A stretch of DNA of 64,000 nt from Geosiphon pyriformis uo1 (taxonomy: Eukaryota > Fungi > Glomeromycota). Positions within the stretch are counted from its first letter, which is position 1; each line of letters begins with the position of its first letter. Below, in pieces: positions 51,771 through 63,310 of this stretch. Location: positions 763,960 through 827,959 of the forward strand of contig JAAOMT010000328.1 in the NCBI GenBank assembly GCA_016748015.1, given 5' to 3'. The position numbers and the translations under genes were made by a program. The notes below the pieces were generated by a model. The model worked only from the letters and a program-made list of their open reading frames with translations, was not told the DNA's origin and searched no databases.

Positions 51771-54700
51771 TTAAGTGTTCAGGTTGGAAGGTTGTTCAAT
51801 GACAACTATTGGTTCTAAGTTTCGGGGAATATCTTCAGGACTGATCAAAGAGGAATGTGTACCAATTTGTGGAATTAATGGTTCAGGATTGTTTCTGGAA
51901 TGATAGTGTTTCAAACAATCTCCATGTGCAACTTTTGCTAGGATTTTGTCATCAAGTCTTAGCTTGTATGATCCATTGCCTAGAACTTTATGAATAAAGA
52001 ATGATCTATCCCATTTATTTTCAAATTTTCCACTCCATTGTTTTTCAGCTTTAGTTCTGTGTAAGAGAACTTTGTTTCCAATTTTGAATTTATTGGTGAC
52101 TAAAGGCAATTTGTCATCATGCCGTTTTTTTTGTTGAGCTTGAGAGTGTTCAATATGGGTGGTTGCTATTTGTCGTTTTCCTTCCAATATGCTAAGCAGA
52201 GTGTAGACTCTTCGCTGAAGCATTTCTTGAAAATTGTTTTCATCGATCGGTTGTGCTGGGTATGTTTCCACTGTGAAACTAATTGGTAATGTTGCCATCC
52301 TTCCATAAGTTAAATCAAATGGTGTGTGTTTCGTGGTATCTTGTTTTAATGTCCTATATGCTAGTAATACTGATGAAATAAAGAGATCCTATTCTTGCCC
52401 AAAATCGGTTGAGACTTTGGCTAATGAATCACACAATGTTCTGTTAAAACGTTCCACAAGTTCATTTGTTTGTGGATGGTAGGGCGAAGACAGAGGTCTT
52501 TTGACACTGAATCGTTCACAAATTTTTTGTATCAGGTTGTTTACAAAGTGTGTTCCCTGATCAGATAAAAGTTCAATTGGACATCCATGTCTATAAATGA
52601 TGTCTTCGTAGATGAAATTTGCTACTGATTTTGCATCTGCTTGTTGAATGGCTCTGGCTTCAGGCCATTTAGTAAAATAGTCTACAGCTACTGCAATATA
52701 ATGGTTTCCTTGAGTGGTGATAGATAGTGGTCTGACTAAATCGATACCAACTTTGTCAAAAGGCTGTCCAACTTTGATTGGATTTAAAGGTTCCATAGAG
52801 CGAATTCCTCCTCTTCTTTGACAACTATCACAAGATTCGACATATTTATGAATGTCTTTTCTCATTCGAGGCCAAAAGTAGTATTCTAGTGTTCTTTGGG
52901 GGGTGCTATCTTTTCCGAAGTGTGCTGATGAAGGATCTGAGTGCATATTGTATAAAATGGTCTCTTTTTCCTGTTTTTGTATTAATCTGAGTGGTTTGGT
53001 TGGGTTTTTGAAATTTCGATGATAGATAATGTTGTTGTGTAGAAAATATTGTTTGGCTTGTTGTTGTAACTGATGTTTTTCGTCTGGGGACCAATCTGTT
53101 GGGATTGTTAATGTCTCCAAATATTGTTTGAAATTGTTGTAGTTTTCAGGATTCATTGTTTGTTGTTTTGATGCTGTTAATTCAAATGGGTGTTGGTTTT
53201 GTTTTCTAATCTTGCCTCATTCTTGAGAGACAATCAACGTTGGTGTGGAGTTTTCCTGGTTTGTGGTATACAATGTATTGATAATTAGCTAAAAATCCTG
53301 TTCATTGGGTTTGTTTTGCGTTCAGCTGGGTGTTTTTGTTTTGAAGCCATTTAAGTCCAATATTATCAGTGATAATATCAAATTCTTTGGGTCTAAGGTA
53401 AAGGTTGAAGTGATGTAGGGCCCAAATTACTGCTGTGGTTTCTAATTCTGTTGCGGAGTAGTTCTTTTTGGCTGGCTTTAATGTTCTACTAGCATAAGCA
53501 ATTACTCGCTCATTTCTATTGTCATCTAACTGTAATAAGATGGCACCAAAGGCAGTATAAGAGGTGTCAGTTGCTAACCAGAATTGGTTGCTGAAATCTG
53601 GGTAGGCAAAAATTGGAGCTGTTGTGAGTTTTTCTTTAAGTATCTCGAAGGCATTTTGGTGTTCTTCTGTCCATTTGTATTCGACATTTTTAGTAGTAAG
53701 CTGGTTGAGGGGTTTTGCAATTTCTAAAAATCTTTTGATAAATTTTCGGTAATAGGATGATAATCTAATAAATTCTCTTAATTCTGTGGTATTTTGTGAA
53801 GTCTTGAAGTTCTTGACAGTACTGATTTTTCTGGGGTCTGGTTTAATTCCATCTTTGCTAACAATGTGACCAAGAAAAGTTAAACTTGTTTTTCCAAAGT
53901 AGCATTTTTCAATGTTCAGTTTCAATCCTGCTTTCCATAATCATTGAAAAACTTCTTGCAGGTGGATTAAATGTAGCTTGAAAGATGATGAATAAACATC
54001 AGTGTCATTGAGATAAACTACTACTGATTTCCAAAGGAGGCCTTTGTAAACAACATCCATGAGTCTTTGGAATGTTGCTGGTGCATTGCATAATCCAAAA
54101 GGCATTACATTGAATTCGTAATTTCCTCCTTGAGTGGTGAATGCTGTTTTGGGGCGGTCTTTGAGATCCATAGCAACTTGCCAGTATCCACTCTCCAAAT
54201 CTAATGTTGAAAAGTATTTGGACTTTCCAAGGGCATCTAACATGTCATTAATTCGGGGAAGAGAGTAGGCATCCCCAATGGTGACACTGTTGAGTTGTTG
54301 GTAATCAACACAAAATTGTATCTTTCCATTTTTCTTTTTAACTAGGACCACAGGTGAGGCCCATGGGCTCATTGATGGTTGAATAAGCCCATTGTTAAGC
54401 ATCCGTTGTACTTCTTCTCGGATAAATTGGTGACTTTCTGGGGCAACTCGGTAGGCTTGTTGTTACCTTGGTTTGGCATCTCCTGTATAGATTTGGTGTT
54501 GAACCAAATCAGTTTTTCCTAAGTCATTGTTGTTTTTGGTGAAGATGTCAGCAAATTCTGCAATTAGCTCTTTGAGCTGGGTCTGTTGTTGTGGTTCAAG
54601 TTGTCCTATGTTGATTCGAGATAGTTTTTCCATGACAACATGGTAGTTTTCAGAGCTGGGGTTTGGATTGGTTTTTGGTATTGAATGTCCAATAATTTCA

Positions 54701-57100
54701 GAGAAATCGGGAACTATTTGGGGTAATTCTTGTTGAAATATATTACTGTGAATAACTCCAATTTTTAAATTATTTAATAAAATTATGAGGTAATTATTGG
54801 GGTTGTAAAAAGTAACTCGGACTTTCTTTGTTCCTTCTGGAATATAAATGTTTGGGATTGAAATATTATGTTCCAAGCAGACTTGTTCATTGGACTCAAA
54901 AATTTATTGTGTGGTTGTTGACTTTGGGCAGGTGTAGATTTCCGGATGTTCTCCAAAGGGTGAGATAGTAATCAGTTGTGGAAGTCTGAGAATCTGGTGG
55001 GATTCGTTCTGTGTGTTAAGAGCTATATTAACTGGAACTGTGAATCGTCCAGTTGAACCAAAACCTTGGGTTTCTCTATTGTTTTTTCCTAATTGTTTTC
55101 TTTGATTGACTAGTTGCAAACCCAAAATGTTGATTAAGAGTAGGTAAATAGCTTGGGCAATTTTTTCAGCATGTTCAATCTTGAATGGTTTGTCAGTTTC
55201 ATTTTGAAGCATCACTGTTATGTCTCCAGTATATTCAGCATCNNNNNNNNNNNNNNNNNNNNGTCTGAGAATCTGGTGGGATTCGTTCTGTGTGTTAAGA
55301 GCTATATTAACTGGAACTGTGAATCGTCCAGTTGAACCAAAACCTTGGGTTTCTCTATTGTTTTTTCCTAATTGTTTTCTTTGATTGACTAGTTGCAAAC
55401 CCAAAATGTTGATTAAGAGTAGGTAAATAGCTTGGGCAATTTTTTCAGCATGTTCAATCTTGAATGGTTTGTCAGTTTCATTTTGAAGCATCACTGTTAT
55501 GTCTCCAGTATATTCAGCATCAATTATTCCTCCTCTGACATTGATTCCTTTGCTTGCCAGAGAGGACCGGGAGGCGATTTGAACCATTGCTCCTGATGGG
55601 ATTTTGAGTGCAATTTTGAGGTTGATTTTTGTAAGAGATTTGGGTTTGAGAACAAGAGTATCCTTGCCTGGATATTTTAGGTCATATCCAGCATCAATTT
55701 CGTGTGCTTTTTCAGGTTTTATTCCTTGTCTGTTGTTGTTAAGGTATTTAAGTTGTAAAACAGACTGATTTTTGATAAGGTAGATGGGTGTTGTTTCAAT
55801 TTCTTCCGTTTCTTCAGGTTCTCTGAATTCAATTTGATTCTCATCATTTTCACTGGGCAAGAGGATACTAAGAGCATAATATTCAGGACACCATTGTTTA
55901 TCGCAAGGCATAATGCATTCTTCACATAGCCTAATGTTCATTTGCTCTAATTGTTGAATTTGAGCTTCTTGGATTGGGTAGGTGTGACTTGCAATTTGGT
56001 AGTAGACTTCTACTTCATCTTCGTAATCGAATCCAGCTAATTTTATAGTGTATTCAATGTATTCTGCTTCTTTTATTTGATGAACATCTTCTTTGGTAAT
56101 TCCATTAATTAATGTCATTGCTAAGTCAAAAATCATCTCGGCATCATGAGAGTAGTGATAAAGTTTGTTGAGAGCACTATTGTATACTGCATTAAAGGGT
56201 GTTCCTCTTTTTACTTTTTCTGAAATTGATAAAGCATATTGGCAGGTCTGATCGCAGATGCCTCCTCTCATTGCTACATCAATTCAATTGCATTCTTTTG
56301 GTAGCATCTCTTCACAAGTCAAACAAGGAGTGTTGTCCCATTTTTCGCTCCTTTTTATTAGATGGCCCCATTGCTCTCTGTGGCAAGCCTTGCAGTAATA
56401 ACAAGTATGATTCTCATATTCTTCTTCAGGTGAAATGCAAGCTCCCATTGATGATAGTTTCTTGTGACAGTCCTTACATTTAAGGGGAATATAGGGGCGT
56501 TGTTTCTTTGGTTCGGGTTTTGAGTAAAGTATATTCTATCCAGAGGTTTCGGGTTTAGTGTGTGGGGTGAAATGTTCTTGTTCTGTTTCATTGGCCCAGT
56601 TGGATACTGATCCAAGAGCCATGAATGTTTCGATTATTGGTTTTTTTTCTTCCGGTTCAAATTCAAAAGCTGGGGCTTTTTCAGAGCATTTGTTGAATGT
56701 ACCACAAATGGCAGATACCTGGGCGTGTTGTCCTTGGTAGGAGATTGTTAACTCTTGTGTTTCCCAATTCAGATTAGCATTGGCTTCTTGAAGCCAATCA
56801 TTTCCGATGAGAGCTTGATACTGGGGTGCATTTATTACAAGAACTTTGACTGAAATGGTGATTCCATCAAGAGTGAATAGAAAATTGTCAATTTCTCCTA
56901 CTGGGGTCTTTTTCATGCCATCAGCAGTGATGATTACTGTTTGAGCTGGTCAGTCGACATTTCTTTTCAACTGTTGCATTAACTAGTAGGTAATAATGCT
57001 TCTGGCGGATCCACTGTCTAGGATTAAGCGAATTGGCTTTCCTTCTACTTCAGCTTCTGTGTACATTGCAGTGATGGTTTTTTGCTCATTAGCCACTGTA
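51771..57100 (-). pseudogene. Gypsy pol remnants (protease, dUTPase, RT, RNase H, integrase)
   Basis: PR LILDSGS; RT SPWASPVVLVKKK, LDLESGYWQ, MPFGLCNAPATFQ, YLND (from YLDD); RH TDTS..YSATELE; INT H..HFG..CDSC, GIDL, SDQGTHF, ERFNRTL; multiple stops. Confidence 0.92.
55325..55720 (-). CDS. dUTPase domain within pol
   Basis: Trimeric dUTPase motifs I-V: AGYDL, RSSLA, GIIDAEYTG, IAQ, RETQGFGSTG. Confidence 0.92.
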
Positions 57101-57419
57101 TTGCTAAGCAAGAATGGTGATTCATTTGTTTCAAATTCAAAAGGAAAGATATCAGAGAGATTGGCGTTTTCAGCAATTTGGGCTAGTGGAATAGTAGTGT
57201 GGTTATGAGAAGGGTTTCGTTGTTGTTGTGCTGTAGCTTTACCTTCTGAAAGTGCAGTATAGTAAAAATTCTGTTCTTCCGGCATTGTTAAATAACTGGG
57301 TTGAGTGTGGTAATGGTTGGGTCTTGTTTGAGTGGTATTTCGGGGAACCAATTGGTTGTTCGAACTGATTCTACTGTTGTTTACTTGGTATCGGTTTTGT
57401 GGTGTAATTTAATTTTGTG

Positions 57420-58923
57420 TAATCAGTCTTCAAGCAGGTACTTGATAATGTTGGGTGGGTGGTTGTTGGTATTGCTGTTGGATTGGTTGTGGGGCAGGCT
57501 GATAATAGTTATTTTGGTATTGGGGTCTTGGTGGATAGTAAGCTGGTGGTGATGGTTGATAATAAGATTGCTGTGGTGAAGAATAACGTTGATTACTCCT
57601 ATTTTGTTGGTCTCGTTGCAGCTTTCTGCAATCTCTTTTCCAGTGGCCAGAGATTCCACAGTAATGGCAATTCTGGGGCTGGTTATTGGAAAGTAGTACA
57701 AAGTTATTTTGATTTCGTCTTTGGGGTGGTTGATATCTTTGGGGTTGTTGTTATTGTTGGTTGGTAAAATAGTTTTCGACTTTCTTTGTGAGTTGGTCAA
57801 TTTTTTCCTCAGCTGCTGAGCTGGTTTCTCCAATTGCCAAATTTACAAGTTTTGTTTAATTGGTTTTTTCCATGGCCATTTCATATCTTTTCGCATGCTG
57901 TATGGCAGAGTTTAAATCTTCTGGTGCGTGTAGGCAAACCTTTTTAATTAGTTTATCTTTTAGACCAGCAATAAATTGATCCAAGATTTGAGCATCAGAA
58001 TAATAATTGTTTGTCTCGAGTTGGCGAATCCGTCTGAGAAGTTTGTTGAATTTCTCAATATAAGTCATAATAGATTTGGAGGGTTCTTGTTTGATATTTC
58101 GAAAACGATTGCGAAGAGTGATGGAGGTATTATTGTCGGTGAACTGTTCAAGGAAAGCTGCTTTGAAAGCATTCCAATCATTGAATGGGGTGGCAAAGTT
58201 TTCAAACCATTCTCCTGCTGTTCCTTTGAGAAAGTAGGGTATTGTTCTTAACATTCTGGCAGCATTCCATCCATTTGCATCTCCAGCTTTAGTAACTTGG
58301 TTGAGCCATTCTTGGGGACTGGTCTCAATATCTTCTCCATTGAATTCAGGGATTTTTGCAATGTATGTTGTCATTTTGTCTTCTTCATTTTCACTGTCTA
58401 TTGATTCTTCTTCAGTTATTTCAGAGTTGTTTTCTTTGTTTGCTGCTGTTTCAGAGTGTTCACTTTGATTTTCAGCTAGAAAATCAAGGAGATTGGAACT
58501 AGTTTGAAGGGGTTCTTGTTGTCTGGTAGAACTTCTGAGTGATGTAAAATCTTTTGGTCTTGCAAATCGATTCAAGGGTGAATTAGGTGTTTGTGCTTGT
58601 GCAAGTGAAGCTAGAAAAGGTGTGATAGTAAGTGGAAGTTTTAAACTGGTTCTCTGTTCAGGTTTTTGTAAATGTTTGGCAGTTGTTTTCGGTAGTATTG
58701 GAGTATTTGGGGTGGTTCTTGAATATTGCTTTAATTTGTTTTTGCCTTTGTTGCTTGTTTCTGTTTCCAATTCAAAATCAATAGTGTATTGAGACTGCAC
58801 TGGATATGTTTCTTTACAGTACTTGATAATGTTAAAATTAAGTTTGTGAAAGTAAGTGGCAAGTGTTTCACTATTAAGGTCTTCAGTTCCCAACTGTGAA
58901 TAGTGTGCTAAATTATTGTAAAG
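57420..58923 (-). pseudogene. Gypsy gag (capsid plus CCHC nucleocapsid knuckle)
   Basis: IPEFNG..QEWL..ANGW..FLKGTAGEWF..QFIAGL; knuckle CHYCGISGHWKRDC at ~57626-57670; 5' end lost in the N gap. Confidence 0.88.
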
Positions 58924-59226
58924 NNNNNNNNNNNNNNNNNNNNNNNNNNNNNNNNNNNNNNNNNNNNNNNNNNNNNNNNNNNNNNNNNNNNNNNNNNNNN
59001 NNNNNNNNNNNNNNNNNNNNNNNNNNNNNNNNNNNNNNNNNNNNNNNNNNNNNNNNNNNNNNNNNNNNNNNNNNNNNNNNNNNNNNNNNNNNNNNNNNNN
59101 NNNNNNNNNNNNNNNNNNNNNNNNNNNNNNNNNNNNNNNNNNNNNNNNNNNNNNNNNNNNNNNNNNNNNNNNNNNNNNNNNNNNNNNNNNNNNNNNNNNN
59201 NNNNNNNNNNNNNNNNNNNNNNNNNN

Positions 59227-59756
59227 GTTTTGGGGATTTTCCAAGTACAATAATTAAAGAATTTGGTTTTTCAAATTATTTGATATTTATTTCTTTTTGT
59301 GTGTATAGGAACGGTTTTAAGAGATAAATCTAAAGTAAGATACATTTTCTCGAAGAGAGAAGCTCTTCTTTTATACAACTTGTCATAACACTATTCTATG
59401 AACTTAAACTTTGCTATTTTCTACAATTTTGCTGAACTAAAGATATATTTCAGTGAACTACAAGTTATTTCTGTGAACTATTAGATATTTCGGTGAACTA
59501 TCAATTATTTCGGTGAATTTCTATAAATTTCGGCAAACTTTTGAATGTTACATAGTTCGGGGTATTGCATGATTGATCATCACAATTAGGTTATATTTGT
59601 GTTGTGTACAATTTGGGTTATTAATTAAATGATAATTTCAGACATTCTTTGCTAATGTAATAAGTGATAATTTGAAACAATAATATATGCTAATTAATGA
59701 TAGGAATTATGAGATAGTTTCATGCTAAATAATATCTCTAATTTCATTTGGAAACA
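59227..59756 (-). repeat. 5' LTR (partly hidden by the N gap 58924-59226)
   Basis: 530-bp ungapped match to 50439-50968. Confidence 0.92.
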
Positions 59757-60127
59757 GCATTTAGTTTGAGTCTCTTAGTTTGGCTCTATGTACTAGATAA
59801 CGATTGGACTATACTTGTTAAATGTGTTAATAATAATTATCAATTATAAATTAAAATATAAAAACTTAAAATAATTATTATTTATGTTTTTACTATATAT
59901 AACTAGTTATTTAATTTAGTAAAAACCAAATTAAATTGAATTTATAGAAAAAAACCTATTTTAAACAAATATTTTTTACATAAAAACAACTAATAAACTA
60001 CTGTTTTTATTAAATTATTTAATTATATAACAGTTTTATCTATATAAAACTTGATATTAAATAGTTAAAGTTTTTATAAAATTATTATTTAAACATATAT
60101 TTTATATTAATAATAATATTTATAATA

Positions 60128-60159
<32 letters not shown>

Positions 60160-60162
<3 letters not shown>

Positions 60163-60770
60163 ATTAAACTTTAAATTAAGCTTTGTAATTTTTAAATTTA
60201 AATTTGCCAATACTATTTAATTTAGTTTAAAAACCAAAATACAAATCTCTTATTTTTATAATTAAAACAAAAAAAACATTAAATAATTTAATTACCAATT
60301 AAATCAAAACACCAAAAAACTTAACAATAAATTTAATTAATAAAACCAAATTAATTATATTAAAATTTAAAAAAACCAAACAAAAACCAATTATAAAATT
60401 AACAACAATAACAACAAAAAAAGCAGCTAGTAAAACAACAATATAAATTATAAAAGCAAAAACCTTAATATAAAACTTAATACTAATAAAAAAAGAATTA
60501 AAAATTTTAAATCTAATAGTAAACTTAAAAAAAACTTAAAAAAAAGATAATAATATTAAATAATCTATAACCAAATAATTTAAACTTTAATACTTAAAAC
60601 AATATTAATATTTAAGAGTTTTTTATTAAATACAATACTTTTTTAAAATATTAATTTTGATAATAATAGTATTTAAATTTTTTTTAAGACCAAAAATAAT
60701 ATATAAAAATTATAATTATTATATAAAATTAAGAAATAGAAAATAAAATTATTATATAATTGGTTAATTT
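60160..60770 (-). mobile_element. AT-converted ghost of the ORF1-only element
   Basis: caatctatggccagatgg..gacacctaaagcagtgccggca..ggagtttcccaccagatacagca (~61794-61870) -> taatctataaccaaataa..aatacttaaaacaatattaata..agagttttttattaaatacaata (~60561-60637). Confidence 0.85.
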
Positions 60771-61035
60771 AAATTTTAATAATATTAAAATAATTAAAAT
60801 TGTTTAAAAAATAGTTTTTTGATAAGTTTGTTTTTGTAATTTCAAAATAATTTAGCTTAAATTAAATTTGTGTTTAATTATATATAAAAAATACATGAAT
60901 TATATTTAATTTAAAACTTATTTAATAATTATATTATATTAAATAGTAGTTAAACTTTATATATTAATATAATAATAATAATAATAATAATAATAGATTT
61001 TTATTGTATATTTAAAATAAATAAATAAATATATT

Positions 61036-63310
61036 TTTTTTTTTTTTTTTAACGAGCAAGACCCAAATACCATCTAAACTATGATATCACAGAAAGGATT
61101 ACATTATAGGTGTAAATCACGCATTTTCTACATGTGATCAAACACTCGGCCCAATCAAGGACTCACTATGCTGAATCAAAAGTAGGTGGAAATAATCTCA
61201 ACCCACAAATTCTCTCAATGATACCATTCAGATTCTTAGAGTCAAAAATAAACTCACTAAGAAACAATCTAGTAGACTCAATATTGTCTCTGGTTTCAGC
61301 ACCAGACATACGCCACAAAGCAATAACATGCTCAATAGTGTCCTCACTTAAAAAAGAAGGCTTAACAGCCAGCATACCATCATAATTCATATCACCAAAG
61401 TCAACCTCAAATCTAAGACAAGTAATGTCCTTGGAGACCCCAACCAAGAGATTAGAAAAATTGTTAGCAGCACTCTTCATAGAAATAAGATCCTTCTTGA
61501 CCTGAACAGCCTTAGTAACATTATCATCAAGAAGACGAGACACCAAAGCGACCAAAAAACCAACAGGCTCAACAATAGACTTAACCAGAGCAGCCAAATC
61601 TGAAATCTGCTTTTCCAAAGAGTCCAATCTAGAACCAACAGCAGGATCAACAACAGAAGCAGCCAAAGGAGCCACCAAAGGAGGAAACTCAGAAAGACCA
61701 GAAGGAGCAGCAGTCTTGGCATATGAAGCAGAACCCACAAAATGAGACTTGAAAACCTTGAGAACCTTAGGAGTGGGGGGTGGGGAAATCTTGCAATCTA
61801 TGGCCAGATGGCCCATTTCTTGACACCTAAAGCAGTGCCGGCAGCCAGGAGTTTCCCACCAGATACAGCATTTCCTTAGAGTACCAGTTTTGACTACAGC
61901 AGAATTCAAATCACCTTGAGAGCCAAATGTAACCAAAGCAAACCGGAAACGATGACCAGAATCAGGAGAACGAGGGATGAAACATGTACGACCACCAATC
62001 TGAGAAATCATATCACTGATTTTAAAGGCAGTACAACCAGGGGAAAGGTTGACCAATTTGGTCTTAAACTTATCACGAGACAAAATAGTCTCATTTTGAT
62101 TTATCAGAGGGAGGATTCTAACACTATCCTTGCCCACCAAAACTGACCAAAGCTTCAAGGCAGACACAGCAGAGTCCAACTTTTCAAAATAAACCACCAC
62201 ATACTGCCAAATGCCAGCAGGCTTCAGCACAATACGAGCGACACTACTAAACACACTGAGAGCCAACTTGATGTCAGCAGCAGACACACCCAAAGGTACA
62301 TCACGCAGCACAACAGCAGCAGAAGAAGAACCAAATTCAGAAACCACCAAAGACTAGGCAATTTTGAGAGTGGCCAAACGAACAGAGCTTGTAAGCTCAA
62401 CCAGAAACACAGCTTTCAAAGACTATTGAGAAGCAAACTCCATACAGAAAAGCTTCACATTGTCTTTTGAAACAAATTTGGCACCCAAAAAACCATGCAC
62501 AAACTGAAAAACAGTCTTAACATGAGCCAATTTGGTCTTGAAAGTAGCACCAGGCACCAGAGTGGAGGCCACCCACTTAGCAAATCTTTGACGACTAGTA
62601 ATAGTTTCCCAAGCACCACCAAAAGTAGCACCAGAAACTAGAGAAGGAGATAAATCAGTTTCCATTTGATCAGCCCAGTTCCCAAGAACAGATGACCCAA
62701 CAGAAGGAGATTGTTTTGCTTCTAAAACCGGTGATGATCTGCCGAAAAACACCACATTTGGCAATACAGCCAGTGGTTGATCTTGGCCCATCTTAGATAA
62801 TGTGCTGGATGATGCTACTGAGATCTCATCTAGGATCTCATTGGGAACCACAAAGAGATTTGGTGTGACAATAGCAGAGGCAAATGACTGCCCCCACTTT
62901 TCTGAACTTTTGGTCTTTTTGACCATTTTTTTTGAAGAAGTGGTGCCAGAAGCACCAGGTGTTGAGTCTATAAGGGAAAAGACCAGCTTATTTACTGGTC
63001 TATTATTAAAAACTTTTGGGCTCTTAGTCGGGGTGGAGGCAACACTGGGACTAATCCAAGTGTGTCTCTTTAAAGGAACTTTGACTGGTAAAAAACCAGC
63101 CAAAGATGAGGAAATTGATTCAGTGGCTACCAAAGGCAGCTTTTCACGATTACTGGGTAAGGGGAAGGCTTCTAAAACGTTTTGCCTAGTTGCTTCTACA
63201 ACAGAAAGAGCTCCTCTGGTTGAAATTTTATTAGATACCTTAGGACAGATATCAGGTGCAGCCTTTTTACTCTTAGCTCTGGTTGTGGTCATAAAATTAA
63301 GGAGACAAAG
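61036..63310 (-). mobile_element. ORF1-only, poly(A)-tailed non-autonomous retroelement (HAL1-like)
   Basis: One ~708-codon frame 63292->61166 broken by two TAG stops (62423, ~62354); similar to the LINE ORF1 (VVLRDVPLG, WSVLVGKDSVR, GGRTCFIPR, CFRCQEMGHLAIDC, coiled coil); ~115-nt 3' UTR then poly(A); no ORF2. Confidence 0.85.

Larger units (their letters stand above)
50352..59756 (-). mobile_element. Ty3/Gypsy LTR retrotransposon: gag-PR-Cys-rich-dUTPase-RT-RH-INT plus an extra 3' ORF
   Basis: Two near-identical LTRs, TG..CA termini, PPT, Gypsy domain order; contains two assembly gaps. Confidence 0.93.

Noticed and set aside
54984-55521. Apparent tandem duplication of the dUTPase C-terminal half
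   Set aside because: The two 259-bp copies appear identical and flank a 20-N gap (55243-55262), typical of an unmerged contig overlap; real repeats here diverge by transitions.
58924-59226. Primer-binding site and gag start of the Gypsy element
   Set aside because: Hidden in the N gap. The gap also leaves open that the two LTRs come from different insertions, since no TSD was found.
43972-62425. Stop-codon readthrough or alternative genetic code in TE ORFs
   Set aside because: The stops are mixed types and nearly all one or two transitions from CAG/CAA/CGA/TGG; host genes use the standard code.
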